Positions 1-9,200 of a DNA stretch of 58,969 bases are shown piece after piece. The position numbers were made by a program, and so were the translations under genes. Location of the stretch: positions 1 to 58,969 of the forward strand of contig JBHIBY010000003.1 in assembly GCA_046759305.1 (NCBI GenBank), given 5' to 3'. The notes below the pieces were generated by a model. It saw only the letters and a program-made list of their open reading frames with translations. It ran no database searches and was not told the origin of the DNA. The first letter of the stretch is position 1; the number at the start of each line of letters is the position of its first letter. The stretch is from Anaerolineales bacterium. GTDB taxonomy: Bacteria > Chloroflexota > Anaerolineae > Anaerolineales > E44-bin32.

Positions 1-85
1 GCGCTGGTGCTGGAATTGGCAGACAGGCATGGTTGAGGGCCATGTGCCGCAAGGCGTGTGGGTTCAACTCCCACCCAGCGCACCA
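1..85 (+). tRNA. tRNA-Leu(GAG)
   Basis: Acceptor stem GCGCTGG/CCAGCGC, anticodon arm CATGG-TTGAGGG-CCATG, long variable arm, GGTTCAA T-loop, encoded CCA. Confidence 0.95.
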
Positions 86-87
86 AG

Positions 88-116
88 GGAGACTGTCCAG
101 CAGACAGTCTCCTTTT
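88..116 (+). terminator. Rho-independent terminator after tRNA-Leu
   Basis: GGAGACTGTC-cagca-GACAGTCTCC followed by TTTT. Confidence 0.8.
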
Positions 117-124
117 CATTAGTT

Positions 125-841
125 CTAATCTTCGCAGGTTGCGGATGTTTCGTCGGGTGCCCAGACCAGTATCGATCCGGGATCGAGCGGTTGGAGCCGC
201 AGATAGGTCGTAAGCAACTCCTGAGGTGGAATAGAGGTGTAGGCGTGGGATGGAATAAATTCCAGGAGCCGATTCAGATCCACGTTGGCTGCGTTGGAGG
301 CAGCTTTGGCGCCAAGCGATATGAGAAACTGCTCTTGAGTGGTCAGGGAACCTCTGGGATTAGCGTACAGCGTCCGAAGAACAGCTGTGACCTGGTTGCC
401 CTGCAGGTGGGCGCCGTTTAGATCCAAACCTTCGAGTTCATCGATCAGCGCCGAAAACGCGGTTTCATCGGCGATTACAAAAGGCATCTCTTCAAATGCC
501 GCTAGGAATTCAGGTGCGACACCGCCGGAAGGATCCCAGTGGAAAAGCTCAGACAGGGGCCCCGACTGATTCTTACAGGCGATGCTATCGACAGAATGTC
601 CGAGCAGGATGACATCTCGTTCTGAGTAGCTGTAGGTCACCTGCCATACGGCAACAAGACTTGGTGCAGGCGCAGAAAGATCATCAACCCCGATAATGAG
701 CACCGATTCGCTGGGTTCGGCCTCTGGAGTACCGGTGGGCTGTGGGGAGGATTCTCCGCTGAGCAAGACTGTCAGCAGTCCTGCCGCGAAGAAGGATGCG
801 ATGATCAGTACGACCACCAGTGGCCGACGTTGGCTGGACAT
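125..841 (-). CDS. Membrane-anchored protein, LytR-CpsA-Psr (LCP)-like
   Basis: N-terminal TM helix, Pro-rich linker, VLIIGVD motif and LIDELEGLDL segment reminiscent of LCP proteins. Confidence 0.55.
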   Translation of the reverse strand: MSSQRRPLVVVLIIASFFAAGLLTVLLSGESSPQPTGTPEAEPSESVLIIGVDDLSAPAPSLVAVWQVTYSYSERDVILLGHSVDSIACKNQSGPLSELFHWDPSGGVAPEFLAAFEEMPFVIADETAFSALIDELEGLDLNGAHLQGNQVTAVLRTLYANPRGSLTTQEQFLISLGAKAASNAANVDLNRLLEFIPSHAYTSIPPQELLTTYLRLQPLDPGSILVWAPDETSATCED

Positions 842-867
842 AAAGTTTAGGAGTGATATGCAGAATG

Positions 868-901
868 CAAGAGCGCCCGGATTGTACTCCGGGCGCTCTT
901 G
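868..901. terminator. 14-bp inverted repeat, probable terminator of the ftsZ operon
   Basis: CAAGAGCGCCCGGA-ttgtac-TCCGGGCGCTCTTG just downstream of the 931 stop; weak U-tract. Confidence 0.6.
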
Positions 902-930
902 GACAGCAATTGGGCTAGGGCACGAGTGCC

Positions 931-1122
931 CTAATTAATGATCGCTCGTCCGACCACGACCCCGACGAAGTAAGCCACAAATCCCCCCAACACCACGGGG
1001 GAGTATGCTCTCGCATGGGCGATCCACTCTCGATGTTCTAAAGCCCATTCGGCCGCGAAAACGGTTGCTTTCAGAACTAGCAAGTTGATCAGAATGATCG
1101 GTCGGTATCGAATTTGATTCAT
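931..1122 (-). CDS. Small membrane protein (63 aa)
   Basis: Two hydrophobic segments, GAGGTG RBS, last gene of the operon. Confidence 0.6.
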   Translation of the reverse strand: MNQIRYRPIILINLLVLKATVFAAEWALEHREWIAHARAYSPVVLGGFVAYFVGVVVGRAIIN

Positions 1123-1126
1123 AGCT

Positions 1127-1354
1127 TCACCTCGATGTGCTCATGCGTATTACATCTCCATCCTCATCGGCGACGACGCGCACAATTCTCTTCATGGACT
1201 TTCCGTTCGGTAGTTCCGCTGCACCCTTGAAGGTCACAAGATAGCGGTCTTCATCATCACCTTGCTCCGATTTGATAGCTGGCCGGACGCCTTCCATCTC
1301 AGGGAACTGGCGAACCACAGTGCGGGTGATCTTTGTGAGAGCTTCTTTCTTCAT
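1127..1354 (-). CDS. 75-aa protein resembling the C-terminal domain of the C25-like protease at 3732-6266
   Basis: ATGA overlap with the ftsZ stop; ends VVADEDGDVIRMSTSR versus MTLDEGGKVIKLAVSR in the protease. Confidence 0.75.
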   Translation of the reverse strand: MKKEALTKITRTVVRQFPEMEGVRPAIKSEQGDDEDRYLVTFKGAAELPNGKSMKRIVRVVADEDGDVIRMSTSR

Positions 1355-2469
1355 GCTTGAGTCCCGTGATCGGCCGGCAAGCTGGGGTAGCTTCTACGTC
1401 GCAAGAAGGCCGGTATATCGAGATCATCCATATCAGGCGGTGAAGGTACCTCTTCTGCGACGCGCATCTCTTGCACGGGCTGACCACCTATTCCGGTCAC
1501 GATCAAGATCACCTGAGCTCTGCCCTGCATGGCCGGCTCGGTCGTAATGCCTAGAATTACTTCAGCTTCAGGCGGCATGTTTTCGCGCAAGTCCTCTACC
1601 GCGGCTCCAACTTCCACCAAACCAAGATCGTCGCCACCGGTGAAGTGAACCAGTGCACCTGTTGCTTGCCCAAGGCTGCTGATCTCAAGCAATGGGTGAT
1701 GAAGCGCCTGTTGGACTGCGATCTCAGATTTGCCAGAGCCTTCTCCGATCCCGATAGCCATCAGCGCGCCTCCGCCTTTGTGCATGACCGTGCGAACGTG
1801 TGCAAAATCGACATTGATGAGGCCCGGCTTGGTTACGAGCTCTACGATGCCCTGTATTCCCTGGCGCAGCACATCGTCTGCAAATCGAAATGCCACTTCC
1901 AGACTTGCCTCCCGAGGAACGACATGCAGCAACCGATCATTCGGTACGGTGATCAGGGTGTGGGTATGTGGCTGGAGTCGACGCACGCCCTCAGATGCAT
2001 TCTTAGCACGTTTGCTCATCTCGAAGGAGAAGGGCAAAGTCACAGTGGCGATCACCACTGCCCCAGTTTCGCGTGCTATTTCTGCTGCGATGGGCGTCGC
2101 CCCGGTACCTGTGCCGCCTCCCATTCCAGCGGTCAGGAAAATCATGTCCGCGCCCGCTAGGGTCTCAGAAAGCTCCCGACTGCTTTCAATCGCAGCTGCC
2201 GCGCCGACCTTAGGATCTCCCCCTGCACCTAGGCCGCGCGTTACTCCTGGTCCGAGCCGAATGCGTGTGGGGGCCAGGCTCGATTCGAGCGCTTGATGAT
2301 CCGTATTGGCGGCGATGAACTCCGCACCGATCAACCCCAACTCGACCATGCGGTTGACTGCATTAGAGCCGCCGCCGCCGAGCCCGAGAACTTTAATGCG
2401 GGCCTGGCCGATCTCTTCGATATTGCTGGCTTCAGCATCGCTGTGGCTAATTTCTTCTTGTTCTGTCAT
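1351..2469 (-). CDS. ftsZ: FtsZ, probably a second paralog, with T7 loop NVDFAH
   Basis: GLGGGGSNAVNRM, AANTD, GLGAGGDP, GMGGGTGTG tubulin signature, C-terminal DIPAFLRR peptide. Confidence 0.95.
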   Translation of the reverse strand: MTEQEEISHSDAEASNIEEIGQARIKVLGLGGGGSNAVNRMVELGLIGAEFIAANTDHQALESSLAPTRIRLGPGVTRGLGAGGDPKVGAAAAIESSRELSETLAGADMIFLTAGMGGGTGTGATPIAAEIARETGAVVIATVTLPFSFEMSKRAKNASEGVRRLQPHTHTLITVPNDRLLHVVPREASLEVAFRFADDVLRQGIQGIVELVTKPGLINVDFAHVRTVMHKGGGALMAIGIGEGSGKSEIAVQQALHHPLLEISSLGQATGALVHFTGGDDLGLVEVGAAVEDLRENMPPEAEVILGITTEPAMQGRAQVILIVTGIGGQPVQEMRVAEEVPSPPDMDDLDIPAFLRRRSYPSLPADHGTQA

Positions 2470-3695
2470 TTTCCATCCCTATAGGTAGCTTTCCAGGCTG
2501 CCACAAACATTTCGCTAGGACCCTTGACTCGTGTCACGGAGCATCCTCCCTCAACCAGTCGCCGCTCGACCGACGGAGGAACCGCGGCTTCGTCGCCAAG
2601 AATCGTCACCCTGTCAGCCTGAAGAGCTTCTTCGGGTGAGAAGCCGATCACGCCATCCCGGACCAGCGTTTTAACCGCGGCCCATGTGTCTTCAGACATC
2701 GGACCCTCAGGAAGAAGCACAAAGTGGCTTAGGGTCTTGCTGGTCGGATCGCTCAACCCGCCTACGTCAAGCAGCCGTTTGGCAGATCCCACGATTGTTC
2801 TAGGTTGGGTGGGGGAGTCGAACCAGGCAGAATCGAACTCCGGAACATTTGGGCTTGCCGATAGCAAGTAGAAATTAAAGCCCAGCACCGATTGCGGCAG
2901 TTGACCCGATTGCACGGCACGCAGTACGCTGGCCATCTCGCTGTTACCGTCTTCTAGAGTGCTGGGTGGTCCACCTGCAACAACGATCATTGGCAATGTT
3001 CTGCCCATGACGGATTCTGTAGTGGCCGCGTACCAATCAAATGTCCGAAAGCCAATCTGGTCTTGGGAACCTTCCGGCGTGTTGTAAGGTCTGCTACTAG
3101 ACCACTCAGAAGGACCCCCATACCCCCACTCCAATGGCTTTCCAAAGGTGCGCGCATAAACAGCCAAGTGCAAGTCGTCCAGAAGGCTGCGATGACCACG
3201 GCGCAGCATCGACTGCAGCGCGGTCTCCAAGAAAGAAGTATCCCAATAATCACCGCCGGGCTCGAGCGGGGGGAAAACCGGGTGCAGTCCGGAAGCTCGC
3301 TCGAGCTGCAATATCGGCAGCATGCGATCGACAAAGCGCTCCACGAGGCCGGCGCGTGCCCATTCATTGGACGACCAGCTGGATCTCATGTTGGGGCGAT
3401 CAAGCACCACGACTTCCCGCACGCCCCACTCGCCGTAATTGGCGAGGGCGGGTGAAAGCTGATCGGAGGTCATTTCGTCAACGCGCCCTTTAATCCAAAC
3501 CACAGGCCGAATGCCGGCCTCGATCAAGCCTCTTAGAAATGGTTCAGGTATTGGGTTGCTGGGCGTGGCGTGGAGCACTAGCCAGCTGGCCGACAATCGC
3601 AGGAGCGTCGGCAGCCACTCTTCGAGATCTTTCTCTGAATAGTGGCTATCGTCTGGGAAGTAGTGGAAACCTAGGCGAGAAATGGGTGCACCCAT
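2466..3695 (-). CDS. Glycoside-hydrolase-like (TIM barrel) protein with a possible cell-wall-binding C-terminus
   Basis: LGFHYFPD start, aromatic-rich barrel-like body, C-terminal VTILGDEAAVPPSVERRL resembling the CW_binding_2 motif. Confidence 0.55.
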   Translation of the reverse strand: MGAPISRLGFHYFPDDSHYSEKDLEEWLPTLLRLSASWLVLHATPSNPIPEPFLRGLIEAGIRPVVWIKGRVDEMTSDQLSPALANYGEWGVREVVVLDRPNMRSSWSSNEWARAGLVERFVDRMLPILQLERASGLHPVFPPLEPGGDYWDTSFLETALQSMLRRGHRSLLDDLHLAVYARTFGKPLEWGYGGPSEWSSSRPYNTPEGSQDQIGFRTFDWYAATTESVMGRTLPMIVVAGGPPSTLEDGNSEMASVLRAVQSGQLPQSVLGFNFYLLSASPNVPEFDSAWFDSPTQPRTIVGSAKRLLDVGGLSDPTSKTLSHFVLLPEGPMSEDTWAAVKTLVRDGVIGFSPEEALQADRVTILGDEAAVPPSVERRLVEGGCSVTRVKGPSEMFVAAWKATYRDGK

Positions 3696-3709
3696 AGTGA
3701 TTTTATAAG

Positions 3710-3725
3710 TGCAAGGTTTGTGCCA
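3710..3725 (-). promoter_or_regulatory. sigma54 -24/-12 promoter for the GH-like/ftsZ operon
   Basis: Minus strand TGGCAC-AAACC-TTGCA in the 36-bp intergenic gap. Confidence 0.85.
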
Positions 3726-3731
3726 CGCTCG

Positions 3732-6266
3732 TTAGCGGGAGACAGCCAGCTTGATTACTTTGCCGCCTTCGTCCAGGGTCATTTGAGCGAAGTGGGGATG
3801 CACCTTAGAGCCATCGCGCACTTGCTTGGATAGGGTCACTACCACGGCCTCATTCTCACCCACTGTTTTCGCACCAATTTGCTGGCTTGGGCAGCAATGA
3901 TCATCGTGGTCACAGCCGCGGTGTTGGTTCCGCAAGCTCCATTCGGCGTCCGTCAAGGTGGGTAGATATTGGGCCACGATGGAGTGAACACGATCGGTAG
4001 TCGGAGAATAGGATTTCTCCTTGTGCAGGTCCGGCCCTCCAAGCGCGCAAGCGGTCTTCATGGAAGCCGGTCGCTTGGATACGCGGATGACTACTTTGCT
4101 GCGCTTTGAGCGACCGTTCAACTGTGATGTGAGAAGCGGATCGCCATAGAGCACAAATGAGATCAGCGTTTTCTGATCTTCTCCATCAAGGAATCCTTGG
4201 CGCTCGAGCATTTCTGCGGCCAGCTTGAGCTTCGCGAGCCGTAAGGCTTCGCCGATCGGAACAGATTGGCGTAGTTGGTCCCAGAACAACCGCCCCAGTA
4301 GGTCCGCAGCGATCAACGGAGGAGTGACCGAGCCGTAGGAAATCATAGTAGATCCGACAACCGCCTGGCTGCCGCTCGCGAGAAACTTTAAGCTCAGTGC
4401 AGTCTCTTCGGTCTTGCCAATCGCGTGCGCTCCATAGCAGGCCTCGGTGAACACGATCCTTGGAGCACGTCCGCTATTGACTACATCCTCCGGCCGCAGC
4501 GCAACCGGAAATTCAACCGTGTCCGACACATCCCTCAATGGGTCTCGCTGACCGTACCATTCGGGAGAGTCCTGCAAACCGTGCAGATTGAAATACGAGA
4601 GCGGACTCGGACGATTCACAACCGAGGGCATGTTGCCTGCCGCATTGGGTGGGGAGGTAATCAGTGAGCGTGGGGTACCGATCGCTCGGAATACCGCCAG
4701 CGATGCCTTGCGCCAAATGCTGGCGCTGTACCCGATAGCATTGGGTTGCGGACGGAAGAAGCGTCCAAATCGATTTCGCAGCCAGACTCCGAAACGTTTG
4801 GGGCTTGATCTTGAACGCAATTGCTCGCGATGGGCGGCAGTGGCTATGCTGATCAATTTGACCAGCAGGTCGGTATCAGAGTCGATCGGCAGTCGGCCTA
4901 CTGGCCACTCGGGGGCGAAATAGTTTTCGTCCGTGGCCGCATAAGGATTGTCTGAAGGAACTGAATCATCGTCGTCATCCGTTGGATTGGGGAGCAGATG
5001 GAACGGAATAATGTTGTGGCCCCCGACAATGAGAACGGCTCCGATCATTTCACCGCGTTCAGCAAGTGCCCGATCGAGATCTGCCAATCGCAGCTTGATC
5101 TGCCAGGCATTTCCGGGATCGCATGGCTTTAGTCCGAAAGGCTGAAGCGAGCGAGGATCGTCGATGTAAATGCGATAGGCGCCCCAACCGCTTTTACGCC
5201 GTACGACCTCGACCAGGTTCATAATCGCTTCATTTACGCGTCTGAACCCGGACGGGCCAATCTCCTGTACAAGCCTGGTGTGACTGGTCAACACGATGTA
5301 GGCCGGGAGCCTTGCTTCTTGACCCTCGACAGTTCGGCGGGCATTGAGTCGTTGGGCCAGCCGGTCAAACTCGTTGCGCACTGCTATGAGCGCTTCGTTG
5401 GCGACAGTTTGTTCGCCGGAGTTTGGCCCCTGGAAAGCTTCACCAGGTTCCGGGATGGGTATGGAGGAAACATCCGATTTCGGGAACTTTGCTGATGCAC
5501 CCATCACAGCCATGATTTCGTCCGGAATCGGGCGACTGATCTGCGCTTGCATGTGAACCGGCCAAAGGGACCGATACGGATGATCGATGCCGAGCACGGT
5601 TTCAGCGACAACACCCAGTGGATCTGCTGCGGCGACCTGATGCATGCTCTCAACGCCTACGGCCGACCGATCGGAGCTAAGTTGTGATTCAGCCAAGATT
5701 AGATTGAATGCAACACAGTGAGGCCAGCGATCGTGACTTGCCTCAGCCAGATGTACGGCTTCTCGCGTAGCTCCCGAAGCGAGACTGGCTCGGACAGCGA
5801 CCAGAGCGGGCAGGGCGAAGCTGGGATCCGCGGCTAGCGCTTCGTTTGAAGCACGCAGGGCCTCCGCAGCTTCACCCGCATCAAGCGCTTTGTAAGCCCT
5901 CGCTAGCGCGACCGCCCATGAAGGGGAGCTGGCCGGATTTGGTTGTTCACTTGCCAATACCTTTGCGCAGGCGATGTAAACCGGGATCCGCAAGCTATCC
6001 CCGGTCTGTTTGTACGCCTCAGCCAGCATCTCATATGCGGGTTGAGATTCGGGATCGACCTCGACAAGAAGCGACAATCGGTCAATTACCGGACCGGTGG
6101 CGCCCGACTTGAGCTCGATCGCTGCGAGCTGGAGAGCAAGCTCAGTGTCGCCTGGCCATATCGCCAGCCACTCAATAGCCAGGCTACGCGCGAAATCCAA
6201 TCGGCCCGCTACCTGAGCAGCATGAATTGTGCTTACTACGGATTCACGATCCATTGATTTAGCCAT
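3732..6266 (-). CDS. TPR-domain plus peptidase C25 (gingipain-like, clan CD) cysteine protease
   Basis: N-terminal TPR-like helices; LIVGG..IIPF, SDNPY, VGRLP, YFNLHG (His), FTEACYG (Cys), LYGDP motifs. Confidence 0.8.
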   Translation of the reverse strand: MAKSMDRESVVSTIHAAQVAGRLDFARSLAIEWLAIWPGDTELALQLAAIELKSGATGPVIDRLSLLVEVDPESQPAYEMLAEAYKQTGDSLRIPVYIACAKVLASEQPNPASSPSWAVALARAYKALDAGEAAEALRASNEALAADPSFALPALVAVRASLASGATREAVHLAEASHDRWPHCVAFNLILAESQLSSDRSAVGVESMHQVAAADPLGVVAETVLGIDHPYRSLWPVHMQAQISRPIPDEIMAVMGASAKFPKSDVSSIPIPEPGEAFQGPNSGEQTVANEALIAVRNEFDRLAQRLNARRTVEGQEARLPAYIVLTSHTRLVQEIGPSGFRRVNEAIMNLVEVVRRKSGWGAYRIYIDDPRSLQPFGLKPCDPGNAWQIKLRLADLDRALAERGEMIGAVLIVGGHNIIPFHLLPNPTDDDDDSVPSDNPYAATDENYFAPEWPVGRLPIDSDTDLLVKLISIATAAHREQLRSRSSPKRFGVWLRNRFGRFFRPQPNAIGYSASIWRKASLAVFRAIGTPRSLITSPPNAAGNMPSVVNRPSPLSYFNLHGLQDSPEWYGQRDPLRDVSDTVEFPVALRPEDVVNSGRAPRIVFTEACYGAHAIGKTEETALSLKFLASGSQAVVGSTMISYGSVTPPLIAADLLGRLFWDQLRQSVPIGEALRLAKLKLAAEMLERQGFLDGEDQKTLISFVLYGDPLLTSQLNGRSKRSKVVIRVSKRPASMKTACALGGPDLHKEKSYSPTTDRVHSIVAQYLPTLTDAEWSLRNQHRGCDHDDHCCPSQQIGAKTVGENEAVVVTLSKQVRDGSKVHPHFAQMTLDEGGKVIKLAVSR

Positions 6267-9200
6267 GTACTAACTCCAGTGCTCGGGCAGCTGCCAGTTG
6301 ATGCATCACTTCCTGATTGGCCGGAGCGAGCTCGGCGGCTCGTTTGAGCATCTCGCCTGCCTTGCGATAGGCCTTGAGCGTTCGCAGCAACAGGCCGGCT
6401 CGATAGTGAGCTTGAAGGCTGTTCGGGTCGATCTCTACTGCTTTGAGGTACGAGTCCAACGCGCGTGGGTACTCGCGTCGGTCTTCGTACACCAGACCGG
6501 CCTCAACCGGGATTCGTGCGTCATCCGGATCCGCGTTTTCGGCCTTCCGCAACTCTTCGACTGCGCGATCGAGATTGCCGGATTTGCGCGAGATGCGGCC
6601 CAATCCCAGCCGATATTCAGGATTAACAGGGGAAATACGGATTGCCTCGCCTATGGCTTTCTCGGCGCTGCTTAGGTCTAATCCCGCTTCCAGCGTCTCG
6701 GCCAGCTCATGCCATAAGCGGTGGTCATCCGGATCGGAGTTCAACACCTCTTCCATCGCCTCTGATGCTTGATCATGTTTTCCTTGCCTGATGAGCACCA
6801 TGCTCTCGCCACGACGCACATCGATTGGGTCGGCTCCGGCTTGAAGAGCTTTTTCAAATGCAGATAACGCGGCTTCATAGTCGCCAGATCCGGCGCGAAC
6901 GTAGCCCGCTCCAAGCAGCACTCGAGCATCATCGGGTGCTTGTTGAGTGGCAGACATTAGTCTCTCGTCCGCCTGCTGTCGGTTGCCAAGAGCCATGGAA
7001 GCCTTTGCGGATCCAATCAAGGAATCGATATCGGAAGGGGCAAGGGTGATCGCACGCTCGAACCAGGTAGATGCCTGGTCATACGCTTCCAAATGAAGAG
7101 CTACTTGACCAGCCTCACGGTGCGCGGTAAAGGAATCGGAGCCATAGGCCAAAGCTGCTGTGTAGCCTTCCAGCGCCTGATTGAGATGCCCCGAGGAGGC
7201 ATAAGCACTGGCAAGCGATAGTAAGTAATCTGAGTTCTCAGGGGCGCTGCTAACCGCTTCTTGGAAGTGGGCTAGCGCCGAATCTTCGTCTCCCATTTGC
7301 ACATAGACCGAAGCCAATCTGTGCTGCCAGCGATGCTGATGCGGAGCCTCGAGAACGGCAGCTCCCATGTGAGTGGCAGCTCGCTCCAGGCTTTCCGATC
7401 GCTCATACGCCCTACCAAGCAAATAGCTAGCAATCGGAGTAGATGAGATGCCGGATCGATATGCGGAACGCGCTTCCTCTTGCTGACCCGCGAGCTCGTG
7501 AATCATTCCCTTAAGAATTGAGCTCCACTCCGCTTCAGCGCGAACTAGTTCAACCTGGGCAAGGGTATCGCTAGCCGCCGTAAGTCCATTCGCCTTCAGC
7601 AAAGCAACGGTGATTGCTTCTCCGATCCACCCCATCGGGTCGGAGCCAATGAAGTCAAGTAATTCTGCAGGTGCTTCTTCGACTCGGAGCCATGGACCAA
7701 AAGCTGGGTCTTCAAGATTGCGTTTTTGGAGGGCTTCCATGGCGCTTCGGACGGAGCTCGTCAGATCATCGATCTGCAATTCGGATACGGCATCGGACAG
7801 GCTAAATAGCGAGAGCATGTCTCGAGCTCGCAAGGAAACGCGCACCTGCTCCATAGCTGCAAAGGGATCCGCATCCCATCCAACCAGAGCTGCAACAGCC
7901 TGTTGGGCGTTGAAGAGCCCCATTTCCGCCCTGGCAACCCAGATCGCATCATGTGCAGACTCGATTTGAATAATCCTTGCCCGTTCAAGGAATTCCATTG
8001 TGCGGCTACGATCGGAAGTGGCAACGGCAAGCATGGCGAAGGAACGAGGCGTCTCGTAGCCCAGTTCAATCGCTTCTGATAGCGATGAGGTGGCCAGGTC
8101 GCGCTTGTCTAGCAAGAGAAACGCTTCGCCTATGGCTGCTTTCCCGCGCCCGCTGTCCGCTAGAGTTGATCGAAGCAGGCCAAGCGCATTGCGTGGCTCG
8201 CCTGAGATCAAGGCTGTTTCGGCAGCTTCGTACGCCAAGGAACTGTCGTTGCCCGCAGCCTTGACCGCTCCCGCATAAGCTAAGAGACCCTCACGGACCT
8301 GACCCTGCTCAAGGTGAGCCCTGGCCAAATCGCGACGAAGCCAGGGATTTCCAGGTTCTATTGCTACGGCCTTTTCCAATTGATTGACCGATTGGCTGCC
8401 TAAGCCGAGCAGTTGGGCGCATGCAGCAGAGCGCCGGAGGGGTTCCGGTTCGCTCGGAGCAAGACCAGTGTTGGCCTGCCATGATTTGTAGGCTCCTTGA
8501 TAATCGGCCGCGGCTTCCTGGATACTCGCCAGAACGCCCAGCAACTGGGGATCGTCCGGCCGGGTACGAGTGGCCGCCTTCATCACGCGGATTGCAGAAT
8601 GAAGGTCACCCCTGTGCTCCAGAAACTGTGCAGTATCCTGCAGGACCTTGGGATTGCGTCGGCCGCGCCACAAGGCTTCGGCGACCGATCGACGGACGAC
8701 ACGTTGATCCTGAGCTTCGGAGGCCAATCTGGCTAATGTGAGCCAGCCCTCGGCTGCCCTTGGGTCAAGAGCGCTCAGTCTTTCCACTGCCTTGATAGCA
8801 CCACGGAAATCTCCGGAGTTAGCGAGGGAATCGCCCAATGCGTGCCAAGCACGAGAGTCATCGGGGTCGAGTTCGACGGCTTGCTCTGCGACCTCAAGCG
8901 CCTTATCCGGAAGATTGGCGAATAGGTACACGTCGGACATAGCAGCAAGGATCCGAGCTGATCGAGGGTAGTGCGCCTGAGCATCCTCAAGAATGGCAAG
9001 TGCGATCGAGATTTGATTCATCCCAAGCGCAGAACGTGCAGAACCAAGGATTGCTTTCTCACGTAACTCGTATTCGTTCGATTCCAGCGCCTGCTTATAG
9101 CGAGCAAGTGCCTCGTCGTAGCGCTCAGCTTGTTCGTACGCCCGGCCGAACCAGTAGCTTGTTGAGGGATTTGCCCAGCCTCCCTGTTCTGCGATTTCCA

